64,000 nt of DNA, taken from NCBI GenBank assembly GCA_965655095.1, contig OZ296652.1, forward strand, positions 60,078,001 through 60,142,000, read 5' to 3'. The stretch's first letter is position 1; each line of letters starts with the position of its first letter. The position numbers and the translations under genes are program-made. Positions 53,953 to 64,000 of the stretch are shown here, one piece after another. Source of the stretch: Haplodiscus bocki. Its lineage: Eukaryota. The notes below the pieces were generated by a model that was given only the letters and a program-made list of their open reading frames with translations, was not told the DNA's origin and ran no database searches.

Positions 53953-56902
53953 GACAACAAAAAAGGGCTGTTTTCCAAGTTGACAATTTTTTGTGTGTTT
54001 GATGCTTCACTCGAAGAAGTACTTATGAGATGCAAGGATGCAGAGTTGCTGAAACCCATTTAGAAGAATCAATCATTGAATTGTCACACTTTAAAATACA
54101 AACAAGACAGCTTTACAAAGATGACTTTCGTATATTTAGAGCACTTGTTTTCTGTTAGCGTGGTAACCATAAACTGGAAAAAACTGGAAGAACAAACTTT
54201 GAAGAAACTCAATTCACTCACTGCAAGAGTCGGAAGATGCAAACGTAATCGCATTCCATGAACTTGCGTGAACGATTTTCAAGTTCTTTGGGATTTTCCG
54301 CAACATGACTGTTGCGTCTATGAAACAGATTTTGTACACGGAAATCATATAGCTGAACTTGGTAGACGAAAGTTGCAAAAACACAAAAAAACTGCGAATA
54401 TTCGAATACCCTAATCGGATTTGTCTTGTGAGAATTCTAAGTGCTCTCTTTACAGCGTTCTCTAATACGTCATGTAACACCTTCATCAACAAAAAATGAG
54501 TTTTGGAGAGACATCCAGTGGGACATAGTGAACATGTGAAACACGTTTGTACATTGAACGCCAAGTAAAAACGGGAAGTTCCTCCTAAAATGCCAGCCTC
54601 TTTTCGGATAGCATAGCAGAAAAGCGGTCGCTATCCTTTTTCAAAATCTTTTTTTGAGTTCAAATTCACTTTTGTGCGAGAACAAAGCTCCTGAGACACA
54701 ACCGATACAACAAAAAAAATATTAACTTTTTTCCTATCTCCGTCTTCATACTGTGAAGCCTGATTAAGCACTGGGTTATCTTTTGCAACTCTGATCCTCA
54801 AAATAATTGTTGCAACCTTTAAAGCATCACTCAAAATTCAGGCGTCCCATAGCAGATTGAACTTTTTTAAATAAAAAGTAACCCAGATGTCGACACAACT
54901 ACAAAAACCACGTTTCAGAAAATTGGAAACACTCAACCACCATCATAATCGAGGCAAAATGATCAAGTTGGATTTGAGATCAGAGGCTTTCAAGAAGCTA
55001 ATTTTTAAATGCCAGTCTGTTGAAAACCTCGAAATGCACATGAATCAACTGATTGAGCAACAAAAACTTCTGAAGCGTTACTGTAACGCGTTACCTGTCT
55101 CTATTTTTCTCACTTCATAAATGGATATCAATTTGATCAAGTCGTATTTGTGACTTGCAATGATCAACTAAAAAGACAATGGAGTCAGTGGATCATGAAA
55201 AAGCTAATGAAAAGCTTTATCAAAACTTTTGATGACCTTCACTTCTTGAATATTATTAATTTTTGGGTAGAGCTATAAATCCTAACCTTTTTTCCAAGCC
55301 AAAAAGACCTCATAAACGAATGATTGCTCCTTTACGATTTGTTTCATCAACCTGAGAAGATGAAAAACACGGAACTCCGTCCATTTTGCGCTTTTCACGG
55401 GAAACTCTGTATCCCTAATCCTCCTGAAGCAAAATGGACGAAAGATGCCATTTTGTTGAGAAGTTCCATCACAGTAGTGCAAATTGCTGCCAAATTGAGC
55501 TGTCAAAACGTCAGCTTCGACAAGCAACTTGTTCACAAAAGAAAATCAAGCACCTCGCCAATTGCACGAAGTATAACTTGCGACATCAGAAGTTGAACAC
55601 AAGGAGCCGCGTATTGCTAAACTTTTTTATTTTGTTCAGTATGGAAAACTACGGATTTATGAGATCTATTACAACTCCTTCAGACCCATTTGTGGGACTA
55701 GGTTTTTGGGGAGTGGGAAATTGATACAGATTCTCTCTATCCTGCTGTTGCCGAAACAGAACTCACGCATCCCATCGGTATTAAAATGAAAGCAGAAAGG
55801 AAGATTTTGCGACCCAATGGCTACTACAAAGAGTTCGTTGCGGAAGCAAAAGACACTTTTTCCCCATCGCTTGATGCAATACACACATAAAGCACAGTAG
55901 GAGAAACGCAGGTTTTCAAAGAATATTTCAAATGATTATATACTTAAAGGAGTTGCTGTGTTTTTGTAGTAAAACTTGTTGTTGCTCAAATATCTAGTAA
56001 AACATGTTGAAGTGTTGCAAGAATTGTCTCAGGAAACAAATACCGGAACGAAGCCGTGTCGGAGCTCCAAAAAGGCATCGGAACGTCTTTGATATAACAA
56101 TGAAAATTTCAGCAGCTGAGGTTTTATGACATATTGTCACAACGTTGCAACATAATAACAACCTAGACCAGATTTTTTTCATCCCATAAGGACTGTTGAG
56201 GACATTGGAGTTCGGACGCAACCAGTGAAATTGTAATTGAACTTTTTTGTCAAAAATTTTCTTAATTGTGTTTGATGCGTGTTTACGTCTCAGTAAACAT
56301 TTCGGTTTTCTATTTGTTTCTTTGTTTCAACCCAACTCAGGTAACACTAAGACTTGCAAGATACATAGTGGACAAAAACAAAAATTCAGACACAATTGTC
56401 AAGAATTTGGTTGAAAGCTTCACAGTGATTCATAATGTTTCAACAAGAAAAACAGTACAATTTTCAGAAGAAATATGTGCAACAGGAAGAGACTCTCCCA
56501 TATTTAATTACAGATAACTTTACCGATAAAATTCTTTTAAAACAATTAACAACCATGTGAGCAGTTTTTGTTGCCTCTGAAAATACAAATCGAGATTTAA
56601 AAAACTAGAAACCGTAAAAAAACTCCTACTATGAAGATTGGGGAAAAATTTACCATATCTTCAGAAACTTGATTTGCTCAACCGAGTGAATCCAGTATTT
56701 GAATTCTTGTTCCGATTCATAGAAGATGGAAAGTTTGAAAAACTGCACAGAACGAAAACAATAATTTTGTAGACTGATTGAAATTTGGGTGTTCTGAAGA
56801 AGACATGACGTAGTTGATAGATGTTCTGAACAAAACAGATGTGATTCAATCATGTTTCACAGAGAAAGAAAGAGAATGGAAGAGGTTGAGAGAGACACAC
56901 AG

Positions 56903-57046
56903 NNNNNNNNNNNNNNNNNNNNNNNNNNNNNNNNNNNNNNNNNNNNNNNNNNNNNNNNNNNNNNNNNNNNNNNNNNNNNNNNNNNNNNNNNNNNNNNNNN
57001 NNNNNNNNNNNNNNNNNNNNNNNNNNNNNNNNNNNNNNNNNNNNNN
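56903..57046. other. Assembly gap (144 N) covering the unit-6 microsatellite
   Basis: Run of N. Confidence 1.
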
Positions 57047-59838
57047 TTTCCAAGTTGACAATTTTTTGTGTGTTTGATGCTTCACTCGAAGAAGTACTTA
57101 TGAGATGCAAGGATGCAGAGTTGCTGAAACCCATTTTGAAGAATCAATCATTGAATTGTCACACTTTAAAATACAAACAAGACAGCTTTACAAAGATGAC
57201 TTTCGTATATTTAGAGCACTTGTTTTCTGTTAGCGTGGTAACCATAAACTGGAAAAAACTGGAAGAACAAACTTTGAAGAAACTCAATTCACTCACTGCA
57301 AGAGTCGGAAGATGCAAACGTAATCGCATTCCATGAACTTGCGTGAACGATTTTCAAGTTCTTTGGGATTTTCCGCAACATGACTGTTGCGTCTATGAAA
57401 CAGATTTTGTACACGGAAATCATATAGCTGAACTTGGTAGACGAAAGTTGCAAAAACACAAAAAAACTGCGAATATTCGAATACCCTAATCGGATTTGTC
57501 TTGTGAGAATTCTAAGTGCTCTCTTTACAGCGTTCTCTAATACGTCATGTAACACCTTCATCAACAAAAAATGAGTTTTGGAGAGACATCCAGTGGGACA
57601 TAGTGAACATGTGAAACACGTTTGTACATTGAACGCCAAGTAAAAACGGGAAGTTCCTCCTAAAATGCCAGCCTCTTTTCGGATAGCATAGCAGAAAAGC
57701 GGTCGCTATCCTTTTTCAAAATCTTTTTTTGAGTTCAAATTCACTTTTGTGCGAGAACAAAGCTCCTGAGACACAACCGATACAACAAAAAAAATATTAA
57801 CTTTTTTCCTATCTCCGTCTTCATACTGTGAAGCCTGATTAAGCACTGGGTTATCTTTTGCAACTCTGATCCTCAAAATAATTGTTGCAACCTTTAAAGC
57901 ATCACTCAAAATTCAGGCGTCCCATAGCAGATTGAACTTTTTTAAATAAAAAGTAACCCAGATGTCGACACAACTACAAAAACCACGTTTCAGAAAATTG
58001 GAAACACTCAACCACCATCATAATCGAGGCAAAATGATCAAGTTGGATTTGAGATCAGAGGCTTTCAAGAAGCTAATTTTTAAATGCCAGTCTGTTGAAA
58101 ACCTCGAAATGCACATGAATCAACTGATTGAGCAACAAAAACTTCTGAAGCGTTACTGTAACGCGTTACCTGTCTCTATTTTTCTCACTTCATAAATGGA
58201 TATCAATTTGATCAAGTCGTATTTGTGACTTGCAATGATCAACTAAAAAGACAATGGAGTCAGTGGATCATGAAAAAGCTAATGAAAAGCTTTATCAAAA
58301 CTTTTGATGACCTTCACTTCTTGAATATTATTAATTTTTGGGTAGAGCTATAAATCCTAACCTTTTTTCCAAGCCAAAAAGACCTCATAAACGAATGATT
58401 GCTCCTTTACGATTTGTTTCATCAACCTGAGAAGATGAAAAACACGGAACTCCGTCCATTTTGCGCTTTTCACGGGAAACTCTGTATCCCTAATCCTCCT
58501 GAAGCAAAATGGACGAAAGATGCCATTTTGTTGAGAAGTTCCATCACAGTAGTGCAAATTGCTGCCAAATTGAGCTGTCAAAACGTCAGCTTCGACAAGC
58601 AACTTGTTCACAAAAGAAAATCAAGTACCCCGCCATTTGTACGAAGTAAAACTTGCGACATCAGAAGTTGAACACAAGGAGCCGCGTATTGCTAAACTTT
58701 TTTATTTTGTTCAGTATGGAAAACTACGGATTTATGAGATCTATTACAACTCCTTCAGACCCATTTGTGGGACTAGGTTTTTGGGGAGTGGGAAATTGAT
58801 ACAGATTCTCTCTATCCTGCTGTTGAAGAAACAGAACTCACGCATCCCATCGGTATTAAAATGAAAGCAGAAAGGAAGATTTTGCGACCCAATGGCTACT
58901 ACAAAGAGTTCGTTGCGGAAGCAAAAGACACTTTTTCCCCATCGCTTGATGCAATACACACATAAAGCACAGTAGGAGAAACGCAGGTTTTCAAAGAATA
59001 TTTCAAATGATTATATACTTAAAGGAGTTGCTGTGTTTTTGTAGTAAAACTTGTTGTTGCTCAAATATCTAGTAAAACATGTTGAAGTGTTGCAACAATT
59101 GTCTCAGGAAACAAATACCGGAACGAAGCCGTGTCGCAGCTCCAAAAAAGCATCGGAACGTTTTTGATATAACAATGAAAGTTTCAGCAGCTGAGGTTTT
59201 ATGACATATTGTCACACCGTTGCAACATATTAACAACCTAGACCAGATTTTTTTTCATTCCAAAAGGACTGTTGAGGACATTGGAGTTCGGACACAACCA
59301 GTGAATTTGTAATTAAACTCTTTTGTCAAAAATTTTCTCAATTGTGTTTGATGCGTGTTTACGTCTCAATAAACATTTCGGTTTTCTATTTGTTTCGTTG
59401 TTTCAACCTAACTCAGGTATCACTAAAGAGAAAACTTTCACTTGTTGCTATGTTTTTTATCATCAGGTTTTTTCTGCAGATGCTTAAGAAAAAACCAAGT
59501 TTGTGGTGGAGTTTTTAAAATTTTGTTGGTTTTCTCAAACTTTGGTTCAATCTTTTAACAAAACCCTTGAACAAAATCAGCATCCTTTGAAACATTTTTA
59601 AACATGAGAGTTATCGAACTAGAGTTTGTGGCTCCGTACTGCTGTCGTTTCCTCGAAAAACTATCCGCTGGGGGAATTAATTTTTCGCAGGCATTTCGAG
59701 CGAGCTGCGCATTCATTGGCCAGCGATGAGTCTGCCCGATTTTTGTTTTTCGAAAAGGTCCATTTTCGGGAAAAAACAATCTCCTTGTGCCAAACATGAG
59801 TCAGAAAAGCCTCTTTTGTAAATTCATACGTTTCAAAA

Positions 59839-60237
59839 ACTTCAAGTCTTTTTTTGATGCAACGCCAAAAGTCTCTCCCTAAATTAAAACACTGCCGAAG
59901 CCACTCTCTAACTCAATACACTGCCGCAAATGATTTTCTTGGAACATTGCCCAAAATACTGGGCTCGGGTTTCTTATTACATTGACTACTGAGCACGCAT
60001 GGCGAGGGCATTGCCCTTATTAATACATTGACTGCTTATGCCGAGAACCAAAAGGCTTTTGCCGAGAACCCTCGCAATGCCTGCTCAGTAGTCAATGTAT
60101 TAAGATACCCGAGACCAGTGTTTTGGGCAATGTTTCAAGAAAATCATCTTCAGCAGTGTATTGAGTTAGAGAGTGATTCCGGCAGTGTTTTAATTTAGGG
60201 ATAGATTTTTGGCGTTGTAACAAAAAAGAGTTGAAGT
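59839..60237. repeat. ~400-bp fold-back (arms 59839-60008 and 60069-60237, ~60-bp spacer) built from TIR-type subterminal repeats
   Basis: For example ccctaaattaaaacactgccg/cggcagtgttttaatttaggg and tacattgactactgagca/tgctcagtagtcaatgta. Confidence 0.9.
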
Positions 60238-60239
60238 AT

Positions 60240-60510
60240 ACGCTATCTTAATACATTGACATCATGACTTAATGAACTGCCAACCTAACTCAAATTCTTA
60301 GAGTCGCCAAAAACCAAGTCGGCAGCCAATCAGAACCTTCCTTAACAACTCACAGGTGAGCATGAACAACGATTTAGGCGCCGGCTGGCCTTCCTCTGGA
60401 TTCTCTGATTTTCAGGAAAACCAGACGCTATACCCTTTCTTAATACCTGGAAGACCATCCACCCCCTTTCCACCTGACTTGCTCACGTAAATATTATTTT
60501 TGTCCTTGCT
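60240..60510 (-). repeat. Polinton-like TIR pointing leftwards
   Basis: Reverse complement gtgagcaagtcaggtggaaagggggtggatggtcttcca resembles 30421ff. Contains tatcttaatacattgac and gtcggcagccaatcaga (60318). Confidence 0.65.
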
Positions 60511-60519
60511 TTGATTTTT

Positions 60520-61400
60520 CGAAGCTGATCATTGTGTTAGGCGCACGTTGGTGGTTCTTCAGTATACCCATCCGAGACAATCGACAACCATCCAAAAAAA
60601 CGACCAAAAAATCGTTGCGTTAACCATTTGTTGACAGCGTTTTGCGAGAAACAAAATTTAAAGAGAGCTACATTTTTTTAGTGGAAATCACCAAAGGGAC
60701 TCAGCACTCAGCAGTTTCACAACTAAAAAAACTCTTTAGAACTTTTAAGCTTTTTCGATAATTTCCTCCAATAATAACAATCCCAAAAACCATGCAATTT
60801 TCTTTGTCTGAGATATACGTACTTATGTCAAAGACAAGTTCTGCAGAAATACCAGACACATCTTTTGCAGATAGATTGATGCTTGTCAACGACGATCGTT
60901 CCGGTAGGTAATTTTTTTGTAATAAGCACAGTCCAATCAACGTTTCTTTCTGAACGAAATTGCCATGCCCCTTGCGTTGTTCTCTACATGCTGGTAGGTG
61001 TTTTGGATCTTACTAAAGCAGTGTTGCCCGTTTCAACAGGCTTCGAATCATCACTTTAATAATTTTTCCTTTTCATGGTGGTTTTTCATCTGGAATCATT
61101 TCTTGAGTACCTTTCGATACCTGACCAACAGATCTTTTTGAGTTTTCTAAGAACCTAAACTTTGAGTTTAGTGTTCTCCAAAAGGTACGATGAATCCGCG
61201 AGTTTCATACGTTTACACTGGTCCATATGTCTTTATGTGAAGATGTCTGCGCCTTCAAAAACATATGACACTTTAGTCAAAGGCCATTGCAGGGGTGAAG
61301 GTTTATCGTGAGGTTTACCAACGTATAAGTGTTTGGTTAAAATTAAAACATCCTCTAGAAAGTGCATTTATCTTAAAGTTTTTTTTCATATCATGGCTCA
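60520..61400 (-). pseudogene. Possible second Polinton integrase remnant
   Basis: Weak minus-strand matches in integrase order: LTKVSYVFEGADIFT..CKRMKL, ENNARG, KNYLPER, DISTYISDKE and EEPPTCA. Confidence 0.35.
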
Positions 61401-64000
61401 AAACTTACAATGTTTTATTTCTTTCTCAAAAAGTGAAGCTCTAGTTGTGTATACTTAAAAGTTTTAAAGTTTTTCGACTCTGAAGGTCTTGTTTGGACTA
61501 CTGCGGTGTATATTGCAGCTCAAATCACTCATTGTGTCCTTCAACTTAGGAAAGATTCGTTCTCTTGACTTTTTCAAGTATATTCAAAACAACAGATTTT
61601 GCATCAATTGTCCCAAATTAAAACCTCTCGTTTTTTCCACAGTGTAAATTGCTCAAACTAAAGAACCACGTTTGTCGGACTTTAGATAAATTCCAAAGTC
61701 CTTTTATTCGTAATTTATTCCCAACTTTCAATCATTTTCTGTCAAGTAATTCAAGATTTTCTATCTAAATGTTTCATAAGTTTTTTTTCGTTTCCCGCTT
61801 CATTTCGTTCGTTTCTATCCAACTACCATCCAATTTCAAGTCAATCTCCCAACTGTATGTTTGGTGATTGCATTTTGCTTAGTTTTTTTGACCCGCGCGT
61901 TTTTACCGTCACGTGTGGCAAATCAACCAGAATCTGGCCTTCCCACAAAAAGTTCTAACGGACAATTGGTATCAGCGAGAACGAACCTTTTTTTCATCAA
62001 CTGACAAGAACACAACGAGGATATCAATTTCTAACAGCAGTTTTTGAGAGAAACTTTCCCAATTGTTTCGAAGATCAGGAACTTAGAAAGCACAACTTTC
62101 AATGGTTTTCATAGTGGGACCAAGTGTTCTCAAAAAAACTCTTGACAAATTGCCAAATTCCAAACGAAAAATTTTCCAAGGTAGACAAGTTTGAAGTAAT
62201 TGGGTTCATTTTTTACCCCACTGCCGAAAATAGGAATTTTAGGCTCCAGAAAAATTTGACAACGAGTCAACAAAAATGGATGAAAATTGTTATTCAGCAC
62301 TAATTTCTCAACAGTTCCCTGTCAGCACATAAAGGTACAGTAAAAAATCTTCGGATTCCAAGATTTTGATTCAAATTTCAGAGCCTTTTCCACAAAAAAA
62401 GAATAGCTGCCCTCATTTGCAATCAGCAACTTGGAACCTCCAACGTTCATGATGACTTTGTAAACGATTCGACGCTCAGCCCGAAAAACATTTTTGCCGA
62501 AACGTCGTAAGAAAGCTATCTAAACGTCTAGGGAACTTTGGCGATTGCATTATGTCCGCAAGAAAAAGTTGAACTTCTTTCATAAACATCCGTTTTGCGA
62601 TACACAAGAGTTTTGTGGAAGGTCATGCAGAAAAATTGATCCAAAAAGAAAAAGAATCCGTCCCAGAACAGGCAGATACAACTGGAAACATAACATATAG
62701 CTAATTTTTTGGTCACTTAAATTCAGTTCAATCTGATCTGTGACTGACTTCTTGGGCGTTTGTTTTCAGATTGTTATCCAAAATGCAACTTAATTTTTTG
62801 TAACATCCATTTCTAAAATGCGGGAATATCATTTTTAATGGGGTTTTTCTTGGTGGTTTTTGGGGTATATATACACCGATTGTCGCCAAACAGAGGAACG
62901 AAAATTTCCTAACTTAGCTACAGAAATCAAGAACTCGAACGAAAAAACAACGCAAAGGCTGTAAAAAACGAAAATCTGTTCTTAAAAAAGATGTCAAAAA
63001 AACTCGAACCATATTGCAGGGTAACTCAAAAAGGTTCTTTTACTAAACTCTAGACAAAAATGGAATTCTGCCATCATCAGAAGCAGAATAATTATTTGGA
63101 GCTGAAATTCTTTGGACTAAGATATGAACCAATTAATCACGGTAAACTAAGATGTGGCGGAAATAATATTTTGAATAGAAAACCGAAGCTATACAGGAGC
63201 ATAAATTAGAGTCTACGCGGTCTGTGATTTAAGAGTCATTGTCTTGATTGCATTATTTGAGGCGCTAGTTAGCAATTAGAAGGAAATCTGCTCCATAGGC
63301 TAAAAGATGCACAGTTGTCTTCGACAAATAAATGAAAAATGCAAAAATGCAACTTCCAAGTTTCGTCGGTTGTTACATTGATTGAATAACTTCCATAATT
63401 TTGCCTATTTTCTTCGTATGCACAATTTCGGAACTAAATTTTACTAAAATCCATCGAATCTAAAAACTTGTGGCATTTTACTCGCAGCTCAGCTGATAAG
63501 TTCAGTTACAATTACTAATGCAAAGCATCAAATTGTAGTGAAACTACTTCATCGAGGTCATGAAAAAAAAACGCATCGTGCCATTGCATCTTTAAGAATT
63601 TTGGTAACAATCAAGCTCGACAAATGAGTCCTTTGTTTGGCTCAAATGAGAACTAGACCTTTCATAGCATTGACCGAGCTAAGATAACCCGTTGGCCTAT
63701 TGTAATGCTCACTAATCCTCTGGAGAGAGGGAAAACTCGCTGAGGAGTCATGAAAGCAGTGTCAGCTAGACGATCTTGGAATCCAGTTGTTGAAATTCAA
63801 AGGTTGATCAAAGTTCCCGGGCTCACACAGTAGAAGAACAAATTCGTCTTCTTCAAACAAAACAAATGATAAGTTAGCACCTGAAAAACAATCAAAAACA
63901 GTCAAAAAGTTAATCAAACGAAATCTCTAGCTGGTGTATGTAATCCCGTTTTCGAGATATTTCAAAAAAACACACTGCCCACTTTTTTCTGAACGCTCAA

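Larger units (their letters stand above)
41122..59426 (+). repeat. Tandem array of six ~3.03-3.08-kb units derived from a Polinton pPolB gene
   Basis: Unit starts at ~41122, 44190, 47218, 50251, 53291 and 56351 (junction ggtaacactaa|gacttgcaag); ends at ~59426. The ORF track repeats with the same period. Confidence 0.97.

Noticed and set aside
30395-60516. TSD for the 30-kb structure
   Set aside because: The left flank caaaat has no match at the candidate right ends, and the right terminus is eroded.
63920-64000. cacactg... possible Transib-like terminus
   Set aside because: No partner TIR is visible within the window.

Overview
AT-rich eukaryotic (probably invertebrate) repeat-dense DNA. 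I found no intact protein-coding or RNA genes; nearly everything recognisable is decayed mobile DNA. From left to right: (1) a degenerate minus-strand LINE (APE endonuclease, RT, ORF1; 1-3.3 kb) and an SGNH-like ORF remnant; (2) a CACTG-terminated DNA element (5322-19836) containing a LINE fragment and a 12.3-kb near-perfect palindrome (6726-19037) with Polinton/Maverick-type AGTAG...CTACT ends and a degenerate 6-bp TSD; (3) a fossil Polinton/adintovirus gene block on the + strand (ATPase, integrase, minor capsid, core, major capsid, protease, start of pPolB; about 23.3-30.4 kb); (4) a second, older and larger inverted structure (about 30.4-60.5 kb) between related TIRs, with mirror-image pPolB remnants around a centre near 39 kb and a six-copy tandem array of a ~3.05-kb pPolB-derived unit in its right arm; (5) a further integrase remnant. 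The most interesting signal is the repeated occurrence of fold-back (inverted-dimer) Polinton derivatives, with fold points in or near TIR sequence. All protein calls are by-eye motif matches across stops and frameshifts. Coordinates of decayed genes are approximate.
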